This document shows, one piece after another, positions 1 through 7,376 of a stretch of 64,000 nucleotides of DNA; positions within the stretch are counted from its first letter, which is position 1; each line of letters begins with the position of its first letter. The notes under the pieces are model-generated. The model was not told the origin of the DNA. It made no database searches and saw only the letters and a list, made by a program, of their open reading frames with translations. Origin of the DNA: Enterobacteria phage KhF2; the sequence record KT184314.1; one strand, written 5' to 3'. The position numbers were made by a program, and so were the translations under genes.

Positions 1-688
1 TATCACGAGCTTTACAAACATCATCAAAACAGACTAATAAGATACCTGATAAGAAACCATTGATATTCGTTTTCAGGTACTCTGCAATAAGAGNNNATTN
101 TTNTNCNNTCATCTGCACAACTTCATCTGCATAAGCTGTAATCTTCGAAATACCTTCATTAATCTTACTAACAGCTTGGTTAGCTAAATCAGAAATAGTA
201 TCAAGACCTTTGTCAATAGCATCTTGTAAGTCACTTAATACATCATTAACGACATCTAGTGCACTGTTAATTGTGTCAATAGCTTTTTGACCATATTCTG
301 TAGCAACGCCCATAATACCACTAAACGGTGTACAGCCAACTTGTTCCCCTGCTGCACCCATAACATTGGAATACCCCTTTGCTACCTGCATACGTGATGA
401 AAACTCATCAATAGACTTTTGACCATAGTCTGTTAAGGTCTTAGTAGTCGCTGTAGTGCTTGTAAGGCTTGTTGTAAAGCTGTTTAGAAGGACTGTTGTA
501 AGTCCAGCAGCAACAAGTTTCTCCTTCATTGTAGGGTCTGTTACAGAGCTAATAGAACTTACAAGTGATGTAGAGGCAGCTACGGTTCCACCGAGAACTG
601 CTGCACCAGTAATAAGGGGATTAGAAAACCCTCTACCGGTTTTTAAGAGATTAAAAATCTCCTTACCTTGTTCTGTCATCTCTTTCAT
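1..688 (-). CDS. partial CDS, hypothetical Ala/Thr/Ser-rich protein (N-terminal part; 3' end lies beyond window start)
   Basis: Continuous minus-strand frame from ATG at 686-688 (MKEMTEQGKEIFNLL...); interrupted by N-run at 94-108; the listed plus-strand ORF 456..701 is its antisense shadow. Confidence 0.4.
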   Translation of the reverse strand, partial: MKEMTEQGKEIFNLLKTGRGFSNPLITGAAVLGGTVAASTSLVSSISSVTDPTMKEKLVAAGLTTVLLNSFTTSLTSTTATTKTLTDYGQKSIDEFSSRMQVAKGYSNVMGAAGEQVGCTPFSGIMGVATEYGQKAIDTINSALDVVNDVLSDLQDAIDKGLDTISDLANQAVSKINEGISKITAYADEVVQMXXXXXXLIAEYLKTNINGFLSGILLVCFDDVCKARD

Positions 689-704
689 TAAGCACCTTTG
701 AAAT

Positions 705-780
705 TGGTAGTCCAGTGGGATTTGAACCCTCTTCTCATGTTTTTCAGACACGCGCTTTAACCATATAAGCTACTTGGACT
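705..780 (-). tRNA. tRNA-Phe (anticodon GAA)
   Basis: Hand-folded cloverleaf; T-loop TTCAAAT; anticodon loop CTGAAAA; CCA encoded. Confidence 0.6.
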
Positions 781-786
781 ATAAAT

Positions 787-862
787 TGGGGTGACCTACG
801 GGATTTGAACCCGTATAGACCATGTTCACAGCATGGGTCATTACCATTTATGATAAGGCCAC
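787..862 (-). tRNA. tRNA-His (anticodon GTG)
   Basis: Anticodon stem CCATG/CATGG with loop CTGTGAA; T-arm CGGG-TTCAAAT-CCCG; CCA encoded. Confidence 0.6.
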
Positions 863-893
863 ATTTAAGGACTCTCGTAAGAATCCTTAGAAG

Positions 894-969
894 TGGCAGC
901 GGCATAAGGATTTGAACCTTAATAGGACAGCTTCAGAGACTGTTGCATTGCCAGTTATGCTATACCGCT
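894..969 (-). tRNA. tRNA-Gln (anticodon CTG)
   Basis: Acceptor AGCGGTA/TGCCGCT, D-stem GCAT/ATGC, anticodon loop CTCTGAA, G73, CCA encoded. Confidence 0.6.
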
Positions 970-974
970 AAATT

Positions 975-1054
975 TGGTACTCCATATCGGATTCGAACCG
1001 ATACATAACACAGATTTTAAGTCTGGCCTCTCTGCCAATTGGAGTAATGGAGCA
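975..1054 (-). tRNA. tRNA-like, anticodon probably TAA (Leu by anticodon), atypical short variable loop
   Basis: T-arm ATCGG-TTCGAAT-CCGAT and CCA present; anticodon loop CTTAAAA on a 4 bp stem; D-arm weak. Confidence 0.35.
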
Positions 1055-1055
1055 T

Positions 1056-1131
1056 TGGCGGGGGATGTTGGAATTGAACCAACTTCTTCGATTTCAAAGA
1101 CCGAGGTTTTAACCTTGTAAACTAATCCCCT
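1056..1131 (-). tRNA. tRNA-Gln (anticodon TTG)
   Basis: Acceptor AGGGGAT/ATCCCCC with G73; D-stem GTTT/AAAC; anticodon stem TCGGT/ATCGA with loop CTTTGAA. Confidence 0.55.
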
Positions 1132-1139
1132 TTAAATCT

Positions 1140-1697
1140 TTACTTTCTCAGTGGATGAATAAAGAATGCCAACATAACTCTTTCCCTTGAGAATGCTCTT
1201 TCTTCTGGGACAACACTTTTTAGTTTCCATCCAATATAAATTCTCCAGTAAAACTGTTTACCAAAGACTTTAATTGATGGGATAAAGGCGAATAATCCCC
1301 AAGCATTACTGTTCCACATTAGGAGATAACCAGTCTGATTATCTTCAGGGTCAGAACTTACGTTGATATTACCTTTCCACTTAGTAACATCTTTTACATC
1401 TCTTCCTAATACATGGTAAGAGAAGTTATAAGCTTTGTTTCTCCAGAGCCATCCGACTCTTTGCATGTAGACGCCTAGTTTACCAATCCATCTAATATTA
1501 GCCCATCTTTTAACGTGACCTTCATCACCATCAATTGGGTTGTCATATGTCTCCATCCATCTGAACCCGAAAGGTAAGCGTCCTTTCTTCTCACTGTAGA
1601 ATGGAACTACAAAAGGTGCTAAGATAACTGCTAAGATTGCTGCAAATGGCTCTAACAAAGCTAAGAAAATCCATGAAACATATTTTAAGTATCTCAT
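1140..1697 (-). CDS. hypothetical membrane protein (185 aa) embedded in tRNA array
   Basis: ORF track; hydrophobic N-terminus; start overlaps stop of upstream ORF (ATGA). Confidence 0.45.
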   Translation of the reverse strand: MRYLKYVSWIFLALLEPFAAILAVILAPFVVPFYSEKKGRLPFGFRWMETYDNPIDGDEGHVKRWANIRWIGKLGVYMQRVGWLWRNKAYNFSYHVLGRDVKDVTKWKGNINVSSDPEDNQTGYLLMWNSNAWGLFAFIPSIKVFGKQFYWRIYIGWKLKSVVPEERAFSRERVMLAFFIHPLRK

Positions 1698-1936
1698 TGT
1701 CTAACCCTCGTAAGGAGGTAAGCATTATTATTTGTTTCTGAGCTTTCTGGTAACATTGTCTCAAAATTGACGCTTTTAAGTTGTCTTCCACCAAAGCAAT
1801 GACCAATAAATCTTTCTACTTTTATTGGGTCGCATTCCCATCCGACTTTCAAGAAAATGTGGGTATCTATAGTGGGAACCCTTACAAACTCAATACTATT
1901 GGGATTTTCATGTTCAACGACGATTAATGTTTGCAT
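1694..1936 (-). CDS. hypothetical protein (80 aa)
   Basis: ORF track; translationally coupled to 1140..1697. Confidence 0.4.
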   Translation of the reverse strand: MQTLIVVEHENPNSIEFVRVPTIDTHIFLKVGWECDPIKVERFIGHCFGGRQLKSVNFETMLPESSETNNNAYLLTRVRQ

Positions 1937-1954
1937 AAATTCCTCTTGCTTATC

Positions 1955-2030
1955 TGGCGCAGGATAAGGGATTCGAACCCCTATTAACAGCTTCGTAGAC
2001 TGTTGCTCTATCCATTTGAACTAATCCTGC
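1955..2030 (-). tRNA. tRNA-Arg (anticodon ACG)
   Basis: Acceptor GCAGGAT/ATCCTGC, anticodon stem ACAGT/GCTGT with loop CTACGAA, T-loop TTCGAAT, CCA encoded. Confidence 0.6.
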
Positions 2031-2035
2031 AAAAT

Positions 2036-2113
2036 TGGTGTTCCAAGACGGATTCGAACCGTCACTAGTACAAGGTTTGAGCTTGCATCCTCTGCCAATT
2101 GGGATACTGGAAC
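2036..2113 (-). tRNA. tRNA with anticodon CAA (Leu by anticodon) but class-I-like short variable loop
   Basis: Acceptor GTTCCAG/TTGGAAC with A73; anticodon stem GCAAG/CTTGT with loop CTCAAAC; only a 6 nt variable region. Confidence 0.45.
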
Positions 2114-2114
2114 A

Positions 2115-2193
2115 TGGTACTCACTAAAGGACTTGAACCTTTTTCTTCATCTTGTAAGGGTGATGTTTTACCATATAAACTAAGCGAGTATGA
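2115..2193 (-). tRNA. tRNA-Val (anticodon TAC)
   Basis: Acceptor ACTCGCT/AGTGAGT, D-stem GTTT/AAAC, anticodon loop CTTACAA, A73, CCA encoded. Confidence 0.55.
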
Positions 2194-2195
2194 AA

Positions 2196-2283
2196 GAGGT
2201 CTGGAGTTGTGCCGCTAACTCAACTCCGTGGAATTTGTTACGGTCTTCAGTTGACTCAAAGCGGTCTTTCACTTGACCTCTGA
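2196..2283. ncRNA. structured RNA candidate / non-canonical tRNA-like element
   Basis: Closing stem GAGGTC...GACCTC plus internal hairpins (GGAGTTG...CAACTCC; CCGT...ACGG); no canonical T-loop found. Confidence 0.25.
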
Positions 2284-2285
2284 AT

Positions 2286-2362
2286 TGGTGCTGCTCACAG
2301 GACTCGAACCTGCATTTCCATCCTTACAAGGGATGTGTAATAGCCAATTATACGAAAGCAGC
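2286..2362 (-). tRNA. tRNA-Thr (anticodon TGT)
   Basis: Anticodon stem CATCC/GGATG with loop CTTGTAA; T-loop TTCGAGT; CCA encoded. Confidence 0.6.
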
Positions 2363-2368
2363 ATTGTT

Positions 2369-2443
2369 TGGAGCATCCAGAGGGAATCGAACCCTCAACC
2401 TCAGTTTGGAAGACTGTAATTTTCCCGTTTAAACTATGGATGC
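2369..2443 (-). tRNA. tRNA-Gly (anticodon TCC)
   Basis: Acceptor GCATCCA/TGGATGC; anticodon loop CTTCCAA; T-arm GAGGG-TTCGATT-CCCTC. Confidence 0.6.
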
Positions 2444-2449
2444 ACTAAT

Positions 2450-2526
2450 TGGTGGAGAAGCAGGGAATTGAACCCTGTACTTAAGTTTGCAAAACTTATG
2501 TTTTAACCATGTAAACTACATCCCCA
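2450..2526 (-). tRNA. tRNA-Ala (anticodon TGC)
   Basis: G3:U70 wobble pair in acceptor stem (Ala identity element); anticodon stem TAAGT/ACTTA with loop TTTGCAA. Confidence 0.6.
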
Positions 2527-2531
2527 ATGTC

Positions 2532-2607
2532 TGGTACAGGTGGAGGGAATTGAACCCATCGTCTTACTGATTAAGAGTCAGCCGCATAACCATTTTGCTA
2601 CACCTGC
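2532..2607 (-). tRNA. tRNA-Lys (anticodon CTT)
   Basis: Acceptor GCAGGTG/CACCTGT; anticodon stem GCTGA/TCAGT with loop CTCTTAA; T-stem only 3 clean pairs. Confidence 0.5.
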
Positions 2608-2614
2608 ATTAATT

Positions 2615-2692
2615 TGGTAGGAGACAAGGGATTCGAACCCTCAAACACCAACTTCTAAGGATGGTAGGTTTACCAATTACCATCAATCTCCC
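2615..2692 (-). tRNA. tRNA with anticodon TAG (Leu by anticodon), short variable loop
   Basis: T-arm GAGGG-TTCGAAT-CCCTT; anticodon stem CCATC/GTTGG (one mismatch) with loop CTTAGAA; A73. Confidence 0.4.
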
Positions 2693-2948
2693 ATTAAATC
2701 TTTTTAGAGAACTTCTAAGAACCTGAGCAACAAGGTTCCACAACAAGCGACTAATAACCTTAGAAGCCCTCTAAAAAGACCTAAATAGGTCTTTGCATAG
2801 TCTTGTTTAATCCGGTGACTAGAACCTTTGGAGAGCTTGATATTATCTCTTCTCCGTGACACCTACTAGGTGCTTTGACAGTGTACGACAATACACGAGG
2901 GATAAACCGACAATGCGAACAAGCATGGACGGAGTAAATCTTATTAGG

Positions 2949-3036
2949 CGGTAAGTAAAGGAGTCGAACCCTCACCGTATCTCTACAGTGGCAACTGTTT
3001 TCAAGACAGTTTGGCTACCATTAGCCGCTACCTACC
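2949..3036 (-). tRNA. tRNA-Ser (anticodon TGA), class II with long variable arm
   Basis: 88 nt; acceptor GGTAGGT/ACTTACC, G73; anticodon stem ACTGT/ACAGT with loop CTTGAAA; long extra arm; CCA not encoded. Confidence 0.55.
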
Positions 3037-3049
3037 CCTAATAAGACTT

Positions 3050-3132
3050 TGGCATGGGACGGAGGAGTTGAACCCCTTTGAAACGGTTTTGGAGGCCGTT
3101 GCTCATGCCTTAGAGTCTTAACATCGTCCCAT
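3050..3132 (-). tRNA. tRNA-like, possible Trp (anticodon CCA), atypical 5' region
   Basis: Good T-arm and acceptor ATGGGAC/GTCCCAT with G73; anticodon-like stem-loop ACGGC-CTCCAAA-ACCGT; about 7 extra nt between acceptor and D-arm. Confidence 0.3.
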
Positions 3133-3274
3133 ATTATAATTCGAAGCTTACCCTGTTATCTCAACACTGTCAAGCTTCTTCTCAGATTATTTACATGTTC
3201 TGGAAAACATGAGATACAGACCACCTCCCTACAGGAAGACCCGCTAAGGCCGTCTAAGTAATCTGCTAACTATT

Positions 3275-3356
3275 TGGTCGAGGCGGCAGGACTCGAACCC
3301 GCATACTCCACTTACTCGGTTAACGGCGGTTTAGAAGACCGCTGAGATACGCCCCG
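3275..3356 (-). tRNA. tRNA-like, possible Arg (anticodon TCT), atypical architecture
   Basis: Acceptor CGGGGCG/CGCCTCG, T-arm GCGGG-TTCGAGT-CCTGC, perfect stem-loop GCGGT-CTTCTAA-ACCGC; D-arm not identifiable, 23 nt between anticodon arm and T-arm. Confidence 0.3.
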
Positions 3357-3604
3357 TAATTATCTTTAAAGACTCTCTTAGAAAGCCCTTAAAGATGCCC
3401 ACCTTATTAATCATACCGTGGGCGAGTACGCCAAATTCTTTAATGAGGGATTGGAAGACCTCACTGGTGTTTAGCCTATCAAGCTACTGCCAGAAAAACA
3501 TTGTCGTTTGCATTTATTTTAAATTTGCAAAATAGACGCTACGCAACGAAAACTAAGGTTACTATAAAGCAGTCACATCTCAATGTCAACAACTTTATTG
3601 AAAT

Positions 3605-3680
3605 TGGTACTGGTAGGTGGAATCGAACCACCGATGTTCCCTTATCAGGGGAGTGTTATAACCTTCTTAACTATACCAGC
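3605..3680 (-). tRNA. tRNA-Ile (anticodon GAT)
   Basis: Acceptor GCTGGTA/TACCAGT; T-arm GGTGG-TTCGATT-CCACC; anticodon loop CTGATAA. Confidence 0.55.
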
Positions 3681-3681
3681 T

Positions 3682-3758
3682 TGGAGGTTCAGATGGGAAT
3701 CGAACCCACATTCATAGGGCTTATGAGACCCTTGCATTACCTTATCTGCGACTGAACC
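3682..3758 (-). tRNA. tRNA-Met (anticodon CAT; elongator, initiator or Ile2 not distinguished)
   Basis: Acceptor GGTTCAG/CTGAACC; anticodon stem AGGGT/GCCCT with loop CTCATAA. Confidence 0.55.
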
Positions 3759-3762
3759 ATAT

Positions 3763-3838
3763 TGGTAGAAGTGGAGGGATTCGAACCCATCGCCTGTCAG
3801 ATTAAAAGTCTGCCGCATCACCATTCTGCTACACTTCC
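3763..3838 (-). tRNA. tRNA-Lys (anticodon TTT)
   Basis: Acceptor GGAAGTG/CACTTCT; anticodon stem CAGA/TCTG with loop CTTTTAA. Confidence 0.5.
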
Positions 3839-4035
3839 ATTAAATTATCTTTGTAGATAAGCTACCCAGACTTGCTTAAGGTCTGTAGCGATGTGCCTTG
3901 TTGGGTTTAAATCTAGAATTTACCCTTTCACCCTTTGTGGTCGCATACTCACAGGTAAGCTTAATAACTTATCTACAAAGATAATTACCAGACCGTTGTT
4001 TATCATCTTAAGTGCTACCATTACACCAACTCGAC

Positions 4036-4063
4036 ATCTGCCGAGTGAAGGAATCGAACCTTC
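4036..4063 (-). pseudogene. tRNA 3' fragment (T-arm plus acceptor 3' strand without a matching 5' half)
   Basis: GAAGG-TTCGATT-CCTTC T-arm followed by ACTCGGC-A; no complementary 5' acceptor strand within 100 nt. Confidence 0.25.
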
Positions 4064-4270
4064 GCCTTTTCTTTACCGGAGAAATAGATTGTTTAAGTTT
4101 TGCTGTAAACGGTCTTCTGTAAATTTGTTGAGCCAGACCAAGTTTTAAATTTTTTCAAAATTAAATTGGCTTGAAATTTTCATACGTTCTTGATGTATTT
4201 GGTCTTCTGCTCCTTTAAAGAATACTCGTAAGAACTCTTTAAGGGAGGGGCTAAATAGCCCTCTCAAAAT

Positions 4271-4347
4271 TGGCGGCTACGATGAGACTTGAACTCACAT
4301 CATCTCCCGTGACAGGGGAGTATTTTCTCCAGTTAAACTACATAGCC
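4271..4347 (-). tRNA. tRNA-Asp (anticodon GTC)
   Basis: Acceptor GGCTATG/CGTAGCC with G73; anticodon stem CTCCC/GGGAG with loop CTGTCAC. Confidence 0.6.
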
Positions 4348-4352
4348 TTTAT

Positions 4353-4440
4353 TGGTGTGCCGTGTAGGAGTCGAACCTACCGAGTCTCAATGACAAGGGA
4401 TTTACAGTCCCCACCGCTACCATCTACGGGATAACGACAC
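4353..4440 (-). tRNA. tRNA-Tyr (anticodon GTA), class II
   Basis: 88 nt; anticodon loop CTGTAAA; long variable arm; T-arm GTAGG-TTCGACT-CCTAC. Confidence 0.6.
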
Positions 4441-4448
4441 ATTTAATT

Positions 4449-4525
4449 TGGCGGTTAGTCAGGGATTCGAACCCTGTGCCATTCGCTTAACAGGCGACCG
4501 CACATACCTTATGTGCTTCCTAACC
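4449..4525 (-). tRNA. tRNA-Asn (anticodon GTT)
   Basis: D-arm GCAC-ATAAGGTAT-GTGC; anticodon loop CTGTTAA; G73. Confidence 0.55.
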
Positions 4526-4602
4526 TTAATACATTGCCAGACCGTGTTTTTTCTTTTATCCGCAAAAAGTATTTTGTTGCTGAATACGGTCTTCTGCAAA
4601 AT

Positions 4603-4679
4603 TGGAGGCGGGTGCAGGAGTCGAACCTGCCGATACCATGCTAATGAGACATGTGAGACGCCCTTTCTCTATACCCGCA
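4603..4679 (-). tRNA. tRNA, anticodon probably CAT (second Met/Ile2-type), fold imperfect
   Basis: T-arm GCAGG-TTCGACT-CCTGC; candidate anticodon stem CATGT/GCATG with loop CTCATTA (unusual T37). Confidence 0.4.
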
Positions 4680-4768
4680 ATTCTTAATGACCAGACCAAA
4701 TATCTTCTTTGTCCGATTAACTTTCAGATGAGTAGATTAAGTTTGCTGTAATTGGTCTTCTGTCAAAA

Positions 4769-4847
4769 CTGGCGTTCCAGAAGGGATTTGAACCCTCAGA
4801 TATCCACTTTGAAAGAGTGGTGACTTTACCATTTTGTCTACTGGAAC
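4769..4847 (-). tRNA. tRNA-Glu (anticodon TTC)
   Basis: Acceptor GTTCCAG/CTGGAAC with G73; anticodon stem CCACT/AGTGG with loop CTTTCAA. Confidence 0.55.
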
Positions 4848-4854
4848 ATTAATT

Positions 4855-4930
4855 TGGTCTCTGTTGGAGGACTTGAACCTCCGGCCTTACCGCCCCAAAC
4901 GGAACGCTCTACCAAGCTGAGCTAAACAGA
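4855..4930 (-). tRNA. tRNA-Pro (anticodon TGG)
   Basis: Canonical D-arm AGCTCAGCTTGGTAGAGC; anticodon loop TTTGGGG; T-arm GGAGG-TTCAAGT-CCTCC. Confidence 0.6.
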
Positions 4931-5096
4931 GATAAACTTTTCAAACTCTATGTAACAACTTTAACATTATTTTTTAGTGGTTGTCAAGAACTTTTTTAAA
5001 ATATTTTTCAGTATCTTAGAAAAGCTCTCATTTCGTTTCTATGTAGAACATATTAAAGGGTATTAAACACATTGTCAATACCCTTTTTAAAACTTT

Positions 5097-6512
5097 TTAC
5101 CAGATGTAACGGTCAATCATTACTGCTTTGAGCATTACGCTGATTGGGTCAAACTTCTCACCACCAAGCAGAGCTTTTAAAGTGGCTGGAGAGAAACCAG
5201 ATACCATTGCTACACCGTTATCCTTAACAGACACTTCGCAAGTACCACTACGGTTTGCTAAGTACCAGAATACCAGTTGTGGCATTTCGTATCCAGCTTT
5301 TTTGTACTTACTACGAATTGCTTCAAAGTTTGTACGACCATTTGCACCGTCAACCTGATTGAACTCCATATCAGAGAAGATGATAAGCTTACTTGGCATA
5401 TCTTTCTGAGTCAAGTTGTTTCTCTTACCTGTCTCAAGGATGCGGTCAAAAGCTGCTTGTAAGTTAGTTGAACCGTATTCAACATGTCGCATTACTTGAC
5501 GGTGACGGTTCTTTAAATCGCCACTCAGTTCGATGAAATGAGGGTTTGTTGAATAAACCATTAACTCGTTCTTAAAGCAACCTGTATTGCGTTCTGCTAC
5601 ATACAAGGCAAGTGATACACCAATATCAAGGGCAGTAATTGAGCCAAAATTCACCCAAGACATTGAACTTGAAACATCAGACATACATAGAATGTTTTCA
5701 CCCTCTGCCATCCAGTTTGGTAGTGCTTTCCACTGCTCATTAGCAACATCTGCATTACCATACTTAACAGATTTAATCACATCGTATGGGTAAACAGCAC
5801 CAGCATTAATCTTAGCCTCACCCTTTGATAATGACTCGATGTAAGCTTTGTAGCGTTCTCCATCTTTACGGTTAAACAGTTTTTGGTAACGTGCAGCAGC
5901 AAGTGAAGGAATCTTACTGTAGTCAATCTTACCAAACTCATTAGCAGAGATTTTTTGCTCAACTGTATCAGATAGTGCAGACAACAGTGTGCGGTACTCT
6001 TTCTCACTTAAGTTTGCAAACTTGCAGAAACGTTTTACAAACTGCTTATGACGTGGTTTGACTCGTGGTAACCACTTAGCTGCCAAACCTGCTGTTGCAG
6101 GGTCTAGTAATGCTGCTTCTAAATGTTTGAAGGCATCTGTCTCGAAACGAGTACCTACGAAGATTTTGAAGTCATCAAAACGACCAAGTTCTGCAATCTT
6201 ATCCATAATACGAAGAACCTGTGTAGGCTCTAAAACTTTGTCTTCGATTGCTTGAAGTAAAACAGTTCGGAAAGCTTTACGCTCACCCATACCTTCTCGT
6301 ACATCTCGCATATGCAGTAAAATACGAACTGCAACATCAACACCCTCACGCAAAGCTTTGTAGAACAGGTCTGGTAAGATTTCTACATTGCTACGGCTTG
6401 AACCAGCAGCTTTGTAAAAGTCTACCAGAGCAGACATTGATGAAGTATGGTTTACAGCACCATTTTCAGTTCGACCTGCATGAAGGTGCGCATGTTTAAA
6501 TAATTCGCTCAT
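5097..6512 (-). CDS. vWA-like domain protein (putative MIDAS motif D-x-S-x-S)
   Basis: 471 aa ORF; motif LCMSDVSSSM resembles a von Willebrand A metal-ion site; no other recognisable motif. Confidence 0.4.
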   Translation of the reverse strand: MSELFKHAHLHAGRTENGAVNHTSSMSALVDFYKAAGSSRSNVEILPDLFYKALREGVDVAVRILLHMRDVREGMGERKAFRTVLLQAIEDKVLEPTQVLRIMDKIAELGRFDDFKIFVGTRFETDAFKHLEAALLDPATAGLAAKWLPRVKPRHKQFVKRFCKFANLSEKEYRTLLSALSDTVEQKISANEFGKIDYSKIPSLAAARYQKLFNRKDGERYKAYIESLSKGEAKINAGAVYPYDVIKSVKYGNADVANEQWKALPNWMAEGENILCMSDVSSSMSWVNFGSITALDIGVSLALYVAERNTGCFKNELMVYSTNPHFIELSGDLKNRHRQVMRHVEYGSTNLQAAFDRILETGKRNNLTQKDMPSKLIIFSDMEFNQVDGANGRTNFEAIRSKYKKAGYEMPQLVFWYLANRSGTCEVSVKDNGVAMVSGFSPATLKALLGGEKFDPISVMLKAVMIDRYIW

Positions 6513-6594
6513 ATTTTACTCTCTTCTCTCATTTTGTTTGTTGATGTGACAGACTTTAGAGCAACTTTGTAGAGTCTGTCAACACCTTTTAAAA

Positions 6595-6966
6595 TTATTT
6601 TTTGAGGGTTGCAACAGCAGAGAACGTTGGTTTGTTATCTGTCTGAGACTGACCGCCGTTATCAGGGGTCTTCTTAGTGTCTGCTGCAATTGCTTTCATC
6701 TCACCTGCTGAGTGAGTCATGATAGTTTTACCGACCTCAATCATACTCTTGATGGTTACGTCATCTGTGTTTAACCCGAACTCTGCAAGCTTAGCAGCAT
6801 CCCTTGTAACAATCGCTTCAAATAACTTTGCAGCAAACTCAGCAGAATTGTCAATGGTCAGTTGAGCTTTTACAAGTGAGCTTTTGTTACGAGAGCCTTT
6901 TGGTCTTCCAGATGGGTTTCCAGACTGGCCTTTTTTAAACTGGCCTTTGTTTGTTCTGTTTTTCAT
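6595..6966 (-). CDS. hypothetical protein with N-terminal basic GNPSGRPKG motif
   Basis: ORF track; motif KGQSGNPSGRPKGSRN. Confidence 0.5.
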   Translation of the reverse strand: MKNRTNKGQFKKGQSGNPSGRPKGSRNKSSLVKAQLTIDNSAEFAAKLFEAIVTRDAAKLAEFGLNTDDVTIKSMIEVGKTIMTHSAGEMKAIAADTKKTPDNGGQSQTDNKPTFSAVATLKK

Positions 6967-7193
6967 TGGTATGCCTCTTATAAGACCTCTTAAAAGGCTT
7001 TTAAGATAAAAGATAGATATCCAGAAAGATATCTGTTTAAATAGCCTTTTTAGAGGAACCTTTTAAGTTATCTTCTAAGTATTTATAAGCCTACACCTTG
7101 TCAAGTACTTTGTCAACAACTTTTTAACTTGCAATAGTTCTTGACTTGTTGTATGGATTACTGTACCATCTTAGTTAAAGCTGTAGGTCTGCC

Positions 7194-7376
7194 TTGTTCT
7201 ACAAAGGAGACTTAATGAGAAAATCAAATAAACCGAAGAAAGGTAAGAATACCAATCACTGTAAGGAATCAAAAAGGGTAGAGTTAATCTACTATTCATC
7301 CTCTGAAATTGGTCTGTACCTGTTCTTTCAAAATTACAGAAGACAAGAGGATTATCTATGTGTAGTTCCCAATTAG
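7194..7376 (+). CDS. hypothetical small basic protein
   Basis: ORF track; AGGAG RBS upstream. Confidence 0.3.
   Translation: MFYKGDLMRKSNKPKKGKNTNHCKESKRVELIYYSSSEIGLYLFFQNYRRQEDYLCVVPN

Noticed and set aside
94-108. Run of ambiguous bases (N)
   Set aside because: Sequencing or assembly ambiguity, not a biological feature; it only breaks the first partial ORF.
456-701. Plus-strand ORF 456..701
   Set aside because: Antisense shadow of the longer minus-strand frame that starts at 688 and runs off the window start.
2781-2975. Minus-strand ORF 2781..2975 (64 aa)
   Set aside because: Its 5' end overlaps the 3' end of tRNA-Ser (2949..3036) and it has no RBS; the 250 bp spacer may instead hold a non-coding element.
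3501-4687. Plus-strand ORFs 3501..3755, 3891..4148 and 4448..4687
   Set aside because: They run antisense across several well-formed minus-strand tRNA genes and have no RBS; chance ORFs in a tRNA array.
5128-6499. Plus-strand ORFs nested in the 5097..6512 gene (5128..5358, 5277..5462, 5587..5793, 6058..6255, 6248..6499)
   Set aside because: Fully contained antisense to a long, well-supported minus-strand CDS.
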